A stretch of DNA of 64,000 nt from Phoronis australis (GCA_002633005.1 NMRA01000152.1:298594-362593), one strand, 5' to 3'; numbered from the stretch's first letter, positions 11,953-24,531 are shown. The notes: generated by a model from the letters alone, not told the origin. Numbers and translations: made by a program.

Positions 11953-12089
11953 GGTAGAGTTCAGTAACGTTAGGACCTTGCTAAAAAGCAAGTCTTCGCG
12001 AAATTGCGCGAGATATTGCCTTGTATTTTAAATGAGAGCTAGATTTTACCGAGGTCCTAGCGTAGGTCCTATTATTACTGAACTTTACC
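11953..12089. mobile_element. PIF/Harbinger-type MITE with CAG TSD
   Basis: TIRs GGTAGAGTTCAGTAA / TTACTGAACTTTACC; CAG at 11950-11952 and 12090-12092; relatives at 13583-13670 and 44830-44980. Confidence 0.75.
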
Positions 12090-12369
12090 CAGGTCTTTTG
12101 TGGACAGGCGTTCAGCGCCACCTGCAGATCTCATGTAATGCGGACGGGAGGTTTCACGACCTACTGGTGCAAACAACCTTCCAGCAGTCATGATGTCGGA
12201 AAACGTATACTGCTGTTCGTTGGTACATGTATGTTCTAATAGCCTACCTCTTGAAATATCCATGGATGTTCCACACATTTCCAATGCAAAGAAGAGTCCG
12301 CAGCTGCGAAGTCGGCGACCACGAATTACAAAGCGGGAAAATTTCGATCCCAGCCGATGTCAAAAAGCT

Positions 12370-13320
12370 GACAATATGCATCCGTCTATCAACTTCACCA
12401 GTGAATCTGAGCACGAGTCGGGGTTACCTTTTCTAGATGTCTTGGTTAAACGTGAGAATAGCACCACTGTTACATCTCTGTATCGTAAGTCCCGTTTTTC
12501 TGGTCTTTATCTTAAATTTGATAATTTTGTGCTCATCCAATACGAGATAGGTCTAGTCAATTGCTTGTTACAGCGTGCCTGGAGGATTTTCCAGTTACTG
12601 CGTGCCAATGGTTACCTTTTGAATCATTTGAATAGCTGTAGAAGACACTCCCTTTCAAAAATGAAAGAGGCAGATAAGGTAGCTGTTATTGGACCCGAGA
12701 AAAAGAACGTTTTCTTTTCTCTTGGTTACACCGGGCCAAGTAGTATAAAATTGAGACGTAAATAATCTCGCCTTATTCATTGCATAGACAAAGCCGTTGA
12801 ACTGATAGTTGTTTCAAACCTCTTCGGAAACTTTCCAATATGCTGTGAACAATAGCAATGTTGTTTATAATGTTGAATGTGACAACGGTGAGGAATTCTA
12901 GATCGGACTGCACAGAGACGCCTCTGTGACAGGATGAAAGAACATCACGCCTCAGATAAAAGCAACATATATAGGCATTGTGCTAGCAACAACCACCAAG
13001 CCAATTCAGTTAGAATTATCTGCAGAGAACCTAATAAGGAATTACTGTGCATTAGTCACTGTTCATTCAGAACCAGCATGCTACTGATTCTCTGAATAAC
13101 ATGCAGAGTTCAGTGACCCTGCAACTATGGTGATGACCAGCTACTTACTATCTCTTACTTCACTTTATGGATGTTACATGAACTGTTTGTTGGTACTCGC
13201 TGCCCTTTGTAAATAATTATCTTGATGATTTCTAATGAATAGACGAAACGTTGATTGAACATGAACTTTTTTATTTGTGTGGTGATCGTCCGTTTTTTAA
13301 TCTTACTATGGCCAAAAACA
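12370..13320 (+). mobile_element. Degenerate Penelope-like element, family B (RT C-terminus, GIY-YIG, 3' pLTR)
   Basis: HPSINFTSESEHESGLPFLDVLVKRENSTTVTSLYRKSRFSGLYL (PLE RT thumb); NVVYNVECDNGEEF*IG..RRLCDRMKEH (GIY-YIG) with stops and frameshifts. Confidence 0.8.
13218..13255 (+). ncRNA. Degenerate minimal hammerhead motif in the Penelope family B 3' region
   Basis: ATC-TTGATGA-T-TTCTA.TGAA.TAGAC-GAAA-CGTT-GAT; the sister copy at 41950 has CTGATGA and stem GTCTT/AAGAC. Confidence 0.55.
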
Positions 13321-13582
13321 GATTAAACCAAAAAGGTTAAATAAATTAGTGAGCTCAACCTAATCAAACAGACGGAGGGGCTTACAAATGGATTGTACTG
13401 CATGTAGCAACTGAATTTCTGTCCACTGAACGAATTTTAGTCGACATCAAGCGGAAGTCGCTTTCACCTTCTCATTACTCTAGAGACCGCCAATAAGAAA
13501 ACTCCGTAATTTATTTATTGACTTAATATCATCGAACTGGAGACACGGAATGCCAACTCTCGCACGTGTCCTATGAATTCTG

Positions 13583-13670
13583 CCTCCCGTTCAGTAACAT
13601 TAAGACCTCACTATAAAGCAAGACTTCGCCAGATTACGGGAGACATTGCCGGGTATTTCAAATGAGAACT
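13583..13670. mobile_element. Truncated copy of the GTTCAGTAAC Harbinger-type MITE
   Basis: CTG|CCTCCCGTTCAGTAAC...AAAGCAAGACTTCGCCAGATTACGGGAGACATTGCC matches the copies at 11953 and 44830. Confidence 0.65.
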
Positions 13671-14419
13671 TTCAAATAACTGGGGTTGGAGTAAGTTTGA
13701 AAAACATAATAGGAATTTGTTTAATTTTCTGGTCAGCAAACAACTCTAGCATCAGGAACTGATATCTCTTTGGGAAGTAATACATCTTTTGTCCATCTCG
13801 TATCAATCTGATCCGGTGCAAAGTCCTGCATTCTGCTGGCTTTATCATTAATTTGAAAATTTTATTGCCTTGGCCAGAGCATGGTACCTTATTCAATTGC
13901 ATAATTTTCACCTTTCCTTTAAAACCTCCCAAGACAATAATTTATTTTCGAAATCTAATAAGTCTTGAAAAAAAAAACAATTCCGGCATTATAGTACCTG
14001 ATGTAGAAGACAGGTTTTCCATTTATCAAAATATTTCCGTTATTCCACAAAACTTGATTTTTCAGACCAATATTCTTGTGTAAATAGTCTATTATTTGTT
14101 CCCTGGATCAAAACATGTCAGAGTGCAATAGACTGAAAATTTCAATAAGCAGAACTTAATAAGCAAAACAAAATTTAAGATTAAACAACCTTAATATTTT
14201 CTGTAAACATATTTAGAGGAACATTTAGGGAATATATCTGGAACAGCTAAACCCCCCCTCTCTAGAATATCTCATCTAACACTAGAGGTTTATTTTGGTA
14301 GATGAAGCCCTGGATGATATCACTTATCTCCCGTCTTTTGCTAGGGGGCATGGCTAAAGTATTCATAACATAAAATATTTTGGACAAAGAAACCTGTCTG
14401 TGGAGATTTTCTGAAAGGA

Positions 14420-15110
14420 TTATTTAGGAAGTTCAATAGGATTCTATAGGAGTTCCACTGGATTGTAGTGAAGAGCAGTAGGATCTTATAGAATACACTA
14501 TAGAATATCCTTTTGGACCTCATAGAATTTCCTATGGGAGTTGCTATAGCTTTCAAAAGTGCTGTACATATGCACAGAGCAATGCACAGATCGAAAATAC
14601 TAAGTATCATTCTTAGAGGAAATTGCTTATGGCAATAAATTGAGTAGAAACTGTTTATGCTCAATTCATTGCCACAAACAATTCTTTGGAAAGTTCAATA
14701 GGATCTTATAGAATATTCTATAGAAATTTCATCCGGATCCTATAGAATTTCCTATTGAAGTCGGTATAGGTTCCAAAAAGTACTTTATAAGCATCACCGT
14801 ATAAAACAATGTACAACATAAGTAGTATTAAGTATCATCCTCAGAGGAAATTATTTCGGGCATTGAAATCAGTAGAACATTTCCGAATATACTGATAAGG
14901 ATTCTATTAGAAGTTCAATAGGGCTCTGTGAGGATGTTCTATAGGATCTTATGAAATTGAATATTCTATAGAATATCGTTTTGGATCCTATAGAATTTCT
15001 TATTGGAGTTGCTGTAGGTTCCAATGAGTGCTATTGATGCATATTACAAAGAACAATGCCTAACACAGGCAACACTGATTATCATTCTTAAAGGAAAATT
15101 ATTTCTGACA
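14420..15110. repeat. Three diverged tandem units of roughly 220-260 bp
   Basis: GAAGTTCAATAGG...ATCTTATAGAAT...CCTATAGAATTTCCTAT.G.AGT...TATCATTCTTAGAGGAAATT recurs starting near 14428, 14689 and 14910. Confidence 0.75.
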
Positions 15111-15859
15111 ATGAAATGAGCACAATTTCTTTAGAAGGGAAAGCCTTTCAGAATAATCTGAGAGTTGGCCTATTCTAGTTCAATTTAGAAAATAGTTAAA
15201 TACTGGAATTTGCTTACTTGATATGAACCGGGAAAAGGCTCTTAAAGGTAATAAATCTTGGGTAGTCTATGGTGTTCAGTGTAAGGACCACCAGTGCTCC
15301 GACAGCTACGTAGGTCACGAAACAGTCCTTTAAAATGCGTATGTCACAAGGCGTATGTCATAAGACTCGGTTATTGTTAGCCACTTATGCTCCACTCGAC
15401 ATGGTTTTAATTCTGATGACGTCACTATCCTAGAGTGTGGGGCAGAAAGAGTCAGAAGAGGTGTCAAAAAGCTCTCAACGAACGCATCAAACGCCCATGT
15501 ATGAATTACTAACGTGGATGAAGGTTCCCGAACTGTCACACTTATGGTATGCCGAGTTGCCATGTTAAAGCGTCACCTATTGGATATATAAAACTATAAT
15601 AACACCAATAGCCAAGCTGAAGACCGTGGGAGACGGACGCAACATCGCTAACTCAAGTAGAGAAATTCCAGTATCTGACTTAATTGTTACCTCAACTAGA
15701 TGTTTCAAAACGTTCAAGTTCTTATAATTCTATAAAAAAAGTTAATTAGGATTCTATAGGAAGTTCTTACCGTGTCAAGATTGCTACGTTGGTGACACAG
15801 TTTTCGCCTAGGCAGTCTAACGATAAAACTGTAATAGTTTCGGCAAAACTTTAACTGAG

Positions 15860-16810
15860 ATGTGTCGTGACCTAAAGATGCATATTGTAAACGGTAGGAG
15901 TCAGAGAGATAAACATGGCGAGTTAAAATTTCACGCATCAGGTGGTTGTTGCACTGTAGATTATTTGATTGTGTCAACAAGTCTATTTCAACATATTTCA
16001 GATTTTGGTGTGGACACATTTGACGAGTCTGTACATTTTCCTATTGTTTGTAATGTTGCAGGTAATTGTGTGTATGACGGTTGTTGTAGCGTTAGCCAAT
16101 CAACATCGCGATCGCACACTAGTGGCTGAGTAGCAGAATTCCATGAAGTGTTGCTTATCAGAAAGTCTAGATCGAATAGTTGAACAATTTGCTGGTGGCA
16201 AGATATAAAGCGTAACAGATGGTGTCACGAATCCGTATAAACCAAGTGCTACATGGATGGCAATGTTTAAAAAGAAACGTGTTTATGCGAAGCGGCAAAG
16301 CAAACAACCTCCTTGGTGGGACAAAGAACTACAAACTGCAAAAAACACTAAGAAATCACTCTTTGATTATTTTTGGAGAGAGTCCTCGCTGAAAAATTGG
16401 CAGTATACATAGAAAATAAGAAAAAATTCGCATGTTATACAAAGAAAAAAAGAGCATCAATCGAAGATGCTAGAAAATATTTTGGATAGCAGAAATAATC
16501 CAAAGCAATTTTGGGCTCTGGTAAAATCAAATTTTAATAGTAGCCCGAAGGAAACTTTGATAACTCCAGAACAGTGGTACGCTCATTTGAATTCGTTGCT
16601 CACTGAACGGACACAACTGAGCGACAATATCAAATGCGGCCGTTAGGCAACAAGAAAATCATCACAATTATAGTGATGCTTGTGACGAAAGTTTACCCAG
16701 TGATCTGAACACTTGTTTATCGTGTGAGGAAATTGACTGCGCTATACCGTATTTTCCAAACGGCAAAGCAGACGGCATTAATGATGATGTGTTTGAGATG
16801 CTGTACAAGG
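15860..16810 (+). mobile_element. Degenerate LINE ORF2 fragment (APE endonuclease C-terminus and linker, RTE-X-like)
   Basis: MHIVNGR...TVDYLIVS...ESVHFPI (DY and SDH-equivalent motifs); PPWWDKEL; NNPKQFWALVK; EEIDCAI...NGKA.G; many frameshifts. Confidence 0.75.
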
Positions 16811-17649
16811 GTAGCTGTTGTTATTGAATTGGATACTGCTTTTCAGAAGAATTCCCACTTAGGTGGTGGGCCAGAATTTGTAGGGCTTCTAGAAAATAGT
16901 TTTTGTGAGTACTTTAGGAGGGGGTTTATTTTGGTGTTTTTTAATTCATTTATTAGAGTGTTTTCAAAATCTAAAAAGTTCCCACACTTAAAGCTGCACA
17001 TTTTTGAGAAATTTGAGTTTGAAGTTACAAAATAATCACCAAAGAGCTTAGTGAACTTATATTTGTAAAAACAACAGTTTCGGATAACTTTTTTGTAAAA
17101 CAAGTAACATGGTCCCATCAGTGTCATTGTATTGAACAATAATACACTTCTATATTTATTATATACTAATTGTAAACAGTGAAATTTAAAAAATGTAAAG
17201 TGACACCTAGTGGCATAAATACGAACTAAGTCTGAATAATACTAGGAGGTTATTCTGGCATTGTGTGGCAACAAAAATAACACAAAGCACTTGAGACTGG
17301 GCAAAATTTGTGCCTCAATGACTGAACCATTGACTAATGGAGTAAAATATACTTCTTTGCATAATACACCAGAAACATGTTATACAAAAGCAATTTAGCT
17401 GAATGGTCTATGTGAATGTGCACACAAAGTATAAAAATAACAGGTTATTCTGTGTTTAGCAAGCAAGCAGTATGAAACAAACACATGACAATGATCAAAG
17501 TATGTACTTTCTATGTCTAAATTAACAAATAAAATTCCCAGCTCACACTTTTTTAACACAAAAATAAAACGAAATAACGGGGTTGGTCAAGTTGGCGGTC
17601 TACATGTATTTAGGGTTGAATTGTCAAAGAACTATCCAATGTTATGCAG

Positions 17650-18420
17650 TCAGTGTTGCTGATGTTACTACAGTTGTCACAACTTCACATTTCTGTACAG
17701 TTTGACTCAGCATTTCAGCACAAACTCAGTTTCCCTGCACACAGGTTCGTTTTGCACGCAGCATACATCGTTTAGTACTGTCAATGGAGCTGTGGGCATT
17801 GCCATCCATTTTAACTGCAAAGCTCCACCGCCAAGGAGCCACCTATGGCTGATTAGAGAGGGCACAGTACTGCACACTGGTGATTGGCCCGCGTGCAATG
17901 AAGGGTCAAACACTGAGTCCTTGTTTGGAGGCAGGCAGGATTTAAGCAAATGTTCGATTCAAAACATGTTATAAAGGCCTGTGTTCATTAGTGTGTCAGC
18001 AAGTGAATTATTGATCACTAGCCTCAATTCACTTTCACATCTCTTAGTCGGGCACAAACTACAACAGTGAGTAGCTTCAACAGTCTTTTCTTAAGATTGC
18101 CTGTCCAAATAACTTCATGCACACTAGCTTTCTGAAGAACAGCTTTAAAATCTTGCTTTAGTTTTGAAAGACAAAATACATCTCCATGTTAAAAGCTTTG
18201 ATTCAATGAACCGTTACAAACAAAACTGTAGAAAAACATCTCTGAAAACTGTGGATTCTTCACTCTTCACAATTTTTGTCTTTCTATTTTTCATAGCATG
18301 ATGATCTGTGATACTTGTCTTCTTAAGCCACTGGTTTTTAACTTTGAATTTCATTTGCATATTCAGGTCTCGGGACTGAGTTGTTGCTTACGATACAAGT
18401 CCAACTGAAAAAAGTGAACT
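17650..18420 (-). mobile_element. Decayed DNA-transposon coding remnant with C-terminal Cys-rich finger (Academ-like)
   Basis: Joining frames gives LPPNKDS/LTLHCTRANHQCAV...HRWLLGGGALQLKWMAMPTAPLTVLNDVCC/CKTNLCAGK..LC*NAESNCTEM*SCDNCSN, matching the LPP..H..RAN.Q / W..P.AP / Cys8 tail I associate with Academ proteins. Termini not identified. Confidence 0.55.
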
Positions 18421-19749
18421 GTTAACAATAATTTAACAGTTAACTACGTGAGTTAACATGCTATTTTTTCAGACGGACTGGACCAGGAATTGATCCACCA
18501 CCAGCCTAACAAATTTACATGCCGTCTGATCTGTCACATAAAAATGTTGACCGTCTAACAATTAGATTAGTTCTTGCAGCTGACAATAAGTCACAGGCCC
18601 GTAGGAAAGCAAAAATTATTGGGAGGAGCACAAACGATTTGACTTCGCCATTTAACTCCCCCATTGCCACCACCTCCGCTACCCCCCCCCCCCGTCCTCC
18701 CGATGCCACCATATTTGTACCGAATCTCCCACGTGGGGAGGCACAGTTGCGGGTTTAAGGGGCTAAGAGGCCATGACCCCCCTAAAATTCTCCCAGGTTC
18801 CATTTGGCAGTTTGGAGGTGCCAATTTCTGACTGGTAGAACCCTGGCTAATACTCTGCCTTGCCTCCCCCAACCCAAAATCCTGGATCTGCCTGTGGGAC
18901 AATCCCAGGGATCCAGCCATTAAGAGTTGAGTAACCGTGAACAAACACGGAGAGTAAGAATGGGCCTAGGAGCAGTACACTGACCTGTATCGAGGAGCTG
19001 CCTCAAGTAGTTAGGCTATAGCTGAGATATAACAGTGTGAAAATACGAAATTCCTGATACACTAAAGCTAGTTGCTGGTCAGCTCAACTAGGATTCACTT
19101 GAGACAGACAGCTTAGCTCGTACCGGCCGTCTGCGTTCGTTCCAAGGGCAAGATTTGTTACTTGTTTTGTTGTTATCCCGTTTCGGGAAAACTTTATTTT
19201 ATTATGGTCATTCTTTGAAAGTTTGAGGCCCCGAAGTCCCTGGCATAGTACCTTTGGGGCTGTTTCAAAATCCCTAGTTAAAACACTACAGGTAGTTCAT
19301 TTTCTGGTGGCTGGGGAAAACGATAGGGTGTCCCAAAATGTACACACTCCCTGTAGTTCTTGTGATTATCTTGAGGCCTACAGCATAGTTACATCTTATT
19401 TTTAACGTGGATACGTCAGTCATGACGTGCATGCGTATCAGGGAAAACAATCAATTCAGTTTTGAAGAACAAAAATTCATCACTCAATACTACTAGAAAC
19501 TAAAAACACCAATTAACTGCGAAGACAGCGTTTCCAAGTTTAGTTTTATTTATTTAAGGATTTTTAAAGCGTTTTTTCTATCTACGGTTTGTGTGTACGA
19601 ATTTCATCAATGTCTTTGAGAGTCATTTTAGATATGCAAAAATCGTCTAAGTGTACTTTACTGTTTGGGGATCGGATTATAGAGTTTTTCGAACTTCAGG
19701 CAGCAATTAAAATTCATTGAATTATCACCAATTCATACAAGGTTAACTT

Positions 19750-20390
19750 TTAACTGTCAAAAATCATCTATGAATCTATCGATATTCATAGATACATAAA
19801 CAAGTAAATCAGAAACCAACGAATTTGTTTATCAAACATAAATGTTATGCACAATTTCCGCATGAATGCTTGCATACTTTTGACGGATAACCGGGGGAAT
19901 ATGGGAGATGGGGTATTCGTACATGCATTAAGGTGTATTTTCAGGGGTACCTATAACGGTTCACGATGTAAACTTGAACTCCACTGGCAAAAAAACGTTG
20001 AAACCTTTGTTTATGATTGCGAGAGTTCTTTGAGTACCCCTTGCGACATGTACACGATCATTACAAATAGTAGCCTAGACAGCAGTCTTTCCACAAGTGG
20101 GAATTCCTGACAAACACCTCCTAGTAACCATCTTCAAAAGAGATATTATTCTTGTGATAGTACGGGAAACAGTAATATTATTTTATAGCTAACCATCGGA
20201 AATAGTCCTTTTGCGTAATTCACAAGTAGTGGTCTTCATGATCTTCAAAATTCCACCCTTTCGAGTGCGGCAATCCTACTGTATTTTTTTCAAATTTTTG
20301 GTTGTTTGGGTCGGAATGGCTGTGCTGTGCAAGAATGTTTTGTCTTTTTTAATGAATTTGGAATCTCAACTTCCCTCGTGAATACTTGGC
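19750..20390 (+). repeat. Dispersed repeat; second copy at ~41400-42250
   Basis: Shared collinear blocks TAGATACATAAA..TCAGAAACCAACGAATTTGTT, TACCTATAAC, GTGGGAATTCCT, CTAACCATCGGAAATA, ATGAATTTGGAATCTCAACTTC. Confidence 0.75.
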
Positions 20391-21286
20391 ACAGTCGGAT
20401 TTACAAACAGGGGTATCATATTGACGTCATTCAGTACTTAATTCCAAAATTCAATGCGCCAACGCCACGGGTACTTGTCAAGTTTGATATATGTAACCCC
20501 CTTGTTGCAACGACTAACTATACATGGTTTCTAGCAACTATAAGAGACAAAACGTGAGATAATTACAGAAATTCATAAGCAGGAATAGAATGGCTACAGG
20601 ACGGGATTGAACTGGAACCCTCTGGTACAACACTTCGGGGCAGTATGTGGCACCAGTGGATAATAAAATTAAAATGCGCTTGCCTGACTTACTTGAATGA
20701 ATCCATGTAGTATTTCTGATGCTAAAATGTTTAGTGCCGACCATCACGAATTGGAGAGGGTTCCGCAGGAGACAAATCTCCCTCCATCCTAGCTACATGT
20801 ACGCCCCTCGGGATGCACACAGAAGTCCGTGCCCTGACTGTTGCATACTTCTGTATGCATTATACATTGCTCCTTGCCAGTTCAAAGGCTTAGTTTTGCG
20901 CCTTATATTTACCGTCAATCTTAATAAGCTTGTACGTTACAAAATAGACACTGTGTTCGTCTTCTTCACTGTCTTAATCATATTTTCTAAACTTAGAATA
21001 AGTAATGCTTGCGTAAAAATTAATTTTGGTTGATATGAATTCTGATGAGACTGATCATCATTCACAGCATTATTCTTAGGACATCTTATAACATGTCATG
21101 CCATTCTTAGAAATAGTCGAAATTAATCTATTTTAAAGAATCATTTGTAATAAATTTCATCAACCATAACTCATAGTGTACAGTTGTCCTGCACGCACAG
21201 ATATACATGTTTATAGAGGGAAAAAGGGACATGTATCCCGAACAGATCCACCAAGAGAGGGAGCCGTCTGAAATGGGACACCCTAA

Positions 21287-22778
21287 AGGAGAATGACACC
21301 CAAAACAACCTATTTTGTATCAATTTAGATCGAGTAGTTCTACTCGATAACTGCACGTTCGGTTGCGTTACCTGACGGCAGACGGAGGTGTTGAAATTAT
21401 CCAATGACGTCATTGGTTTCACACGCAGTCTGTTCAGCAGTTCACAACACGGGTTACTGGTGACAGCTTATCGCTTGATTTCATCGTTTAACATCAATAA
21501 ATCATCAAATATTCTTCCGTGAAATACAGACAGGAAAACCTACATCTGTGTTGTTTGAACTTGTGATTTTTTGAGTTCTAAAGACAAAACGCTTGTTATC
21601 CCGGTCATTGGCTCGGAACACGATCAGCCGGAGGCCCGTCGCGGCCGTACCGACTAGTCATCCCGGCCAGTGGCTCGGAACCCGATCAGGCCCGTCGCAG
21701 CCGACGGGACTGGCACGAATATGAACCAGTTTGAGTTGGAAACTAAACCTCCAGTCACGAAAAGACTATAACAGTGACCCAAAGAAATAATTTGCACGCA
21801 ATTATTTATGTGAATTAGTCACGAAACTGAAAATCTACTTACTTGTTGGGGGCCGCGAAGTCGGGTTCCCCTTCCACAGACCATCAGTGCAAAGGTTGTA
21901 CAGTAACCATGGTTTGAGTAATGTATTTGTATTTCTAAATAAAGATGCCCCTAACATGTGACCATAGCATATAAAATCGAGAAATTGTTTCACAACAGCT
22001 TTCTGTCAGCAAACACTGAATTAGCATGCGCTCACACGGCCTCGGTGCCAGGTCAATTACCTTTATTGCCGGCATCAAAAACCGGTAACTCAGTGGTTTT
22101 TTCTTTGCTGGCTTCTCAACATTTGCACTCACAAATACTACAAAGGCATTACAAATTGTATCTAATGAGACTGACTTTGTTTCAGTTTCATATAAGCATT
22201 GCTTAGGATGAGAATAATTCCAGAACGCAGAATAATAAACGTCTACATGACGACTCACCCGGCGCTAATCCCGACTTAGGTTTCACAGGCAATCAGTTCG
22301 AACTGGAATACATTTATTAAGAAATACTAGAGAGGCGCCGAAAACATAAGCAGGCAACGGAACAATATGAATAGTTCTTTGGTAAGCCAGAATTCGTCAG
22401 AGAAATCACTGTCGACGAAATGCCAGCAACAGACACGGAGATGTTTCACGGCCTCATACTTGCTATTAACAGCGTACCTTTCATTCTTCACTTCCGTGAG
22501 CCACTTCATACGCATTTTGGGGCACCCGAGGAAGTCGAAAAAACGATATACCCGCTTTCTTCGCAGCTTCATAGTTTGGACAAGCGGGAACGATGCACCG
22601 CAATATAGCGGCAGTAACTCTGCAGACGAACCACTGACGTCGCTACGTCGTTTCTCACCTTCCTCAAAGGTAAACGCGACACCTCTCGGCAAGGTGAGGT
22701 CGACCGCATAAGAAGCGATGTGGATATAGACCGATTAAGACGGTAAAAAAGACTGATTAAATCGGGTGGCATTCTCCT
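21287..22778 (-). mobile_element. Non-autonomous Kolobok-like DNA transposon with a THAP-domain remnant
   Basis: TIRs AGGAGAATGACACCC (21287) / GGGTGGCATTCTCCT (22764-22778), flanked by CTAA and TTAA (TTAA-type TSD, purine-purine ends). Confidence 0.7.
22258..22620 (-). pseudogene. Frameshifted THAP zinc-finger exon
   Basis: YCGA...YRFFDF...KMRMKWL...LRVCCWHFVDSDF, then out of frame PVKPKSGLAP followed by a G|GTGAGT donor near 22258; matches the THAP C..C...W...C..HF...P pattern. Confidence 0.65.
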
Positions 22779-24396
22779 TTAAGATGAAAGGCTAAACATC
22801 ATCAATTTTGGAAAAAAGTGATACTTCATTCCACCGTTGTGTGGTCTCAAAACGATGCAGGGAGTGACTTCCTTCAACATGAAAGCACGATTTCACAAAA
22901 AACAGGAAAACAGAGGTAATCGATTACAACACTGGGCCCTCTCTTCGTGAGCGGCCCCCGTAAGAATTGGTCAAATGAAACACAAAAAGGTGGCCACTTG
23001 AATGTCATCAATGGTCTCCTTCAAGAGCGGGGCCCCTAAATATGAAAATATCTATATTTTCAAATATCAGGAAATGCGCAGCAATTGACGTTATCTATCA
23101 GGCCATCAATTTTTTTCAAGTGATATACAGTTTCGAGAAAAAAATAAAGCGAAAGTTGGCTCCGTTGTTCTTAGCCAGAGAGGGGCTCTAGAAAAATATA
23201 GTTTTGCATTCGCAAAATTGAATTACTGAATTTAAACATCCAGTAAATTAGTACGCTCCGCAAAATCTTCGCTTTACAAATTTTCTCGATTTTTCGAAAT
23301 ACAAGTGTGCGTTTAGACGACGTGTGCTGCAAAAGCCAAGGCCTTAACGACAGTGTCCTAGCCAGGGTCCTCAAAAGGTAAACCATGCACTGATGGAGAT
23401 TTGTTAAATGTTCTCTTAAATTTTCTCTCTTATCCGTTTTTCGCAGTCTTTCTTTTCTCGACTGTCCCCGGCACCACGCCTATGTCGATTGCCTCGGTTT
23501 AACCCAGACGCCTGGGAATTTTTTGGTGGTGTGTGCCCCCCAGCCCCCCGCTTCCTACGGCCCTGAGTCAGCTGTGTGCAGTTATTGAAATTCATTTTTT
23601 TAATCAGATGCTCATACTATAGTAAATCGATTGACACTTAAGGTAATCAACAGTTGACAAAATGGACAAGGGCATCCCCTGTCCTCAAATTACGACGGGA
23701 CGCTGGCCACTTGGGCACTTCAATTTCATTACCAGAACAGACGCCTAAGTAATTAAGGGTTACGAAAAATTGAGAAGAGGTTCCCCCTGTCCCAGGATTA
23801 AGGTGTTGGATGACGACCACTTGAGCATGTTGATTGCAACCATGTAGTCCATTTAACCTTCTCAAAATCTTTTTGACTTGAAGTGCTTAAAATCACACCC
23901 ACAGTATAATGCCATATGATTATCCCCTGGCGCAAGCAGTGTCGATTTGGACAATCGAATGACAAAGTGTTCGAAAAACAGGATTGCAGCAGTATTTGTT
24001 TAAGCTGAGAACAAATACATGTAAAAACATTAACACCTCCTAAGGCATCCCTCTACGCGGAAAAGGTACTTTTAAACTTATAGCAACATGACTGGTTGTT
24101 TAATCATTGTGATACACAATTTGCCGAAAAGCATCTGACATATGGAAGACCTATGGTATGATGACAATCTGTACTGGGCCAGCAGTATTGTCTAAGGCCT
24201 GGGCAAGAACAAGTTAAGAAAACAACCGATACTGATGATAATGAACACTTTTGGAAAACACTGAGACGTACCTTTCAAAAACACATACCCGTTTTTCAAA
24301 GCTATAAAGTTGCTACTTCTTTCTCTTTCTTGAAACGAAATCTTGGTCTAACAGACTTCTACAGCAGTACATCTGGGCCCGGTTGCATAAAACTTG

Positions 24397-24531
24397 CTAT
24401 CCGGCGTATAAGGCCTTATACGCCGGATAAGTCCTTATCCGGTGTATAACTTTTTATACGCCGGATAAGTTGGGTTGCATAAAAATCGTATAAAGTTATC
24501 CGCCGTATAACTCACACTATCCGCCGTATAA
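24397..24531. promoter_or_regulatory. Left subterminal array of the TTATCCGGCGTATAA-like motif (candidate Myb/SANT binding sites)
   Basis: About six copies in both orientations next to the left TIR. Confidence 0.7.

Noticed and set aside
13672-14360. Coding-like segment and possible transposon end (..GGGGGCATGGCTA)
   Set aside because: No matching second terminus or diagnostic protein motif could be identified by eye.
21041-21070. CTGATGAG hammerhead-like start
   Set aside because: No stem II closing onto a GAAA follows.
24397-24531. Short spaced repeats near a nuclease gene (CRISPR- or iteron-like)
   Set aside because: They alternate in orientation, mirror the right end, and are explained as Harbinger subterminal repeats.
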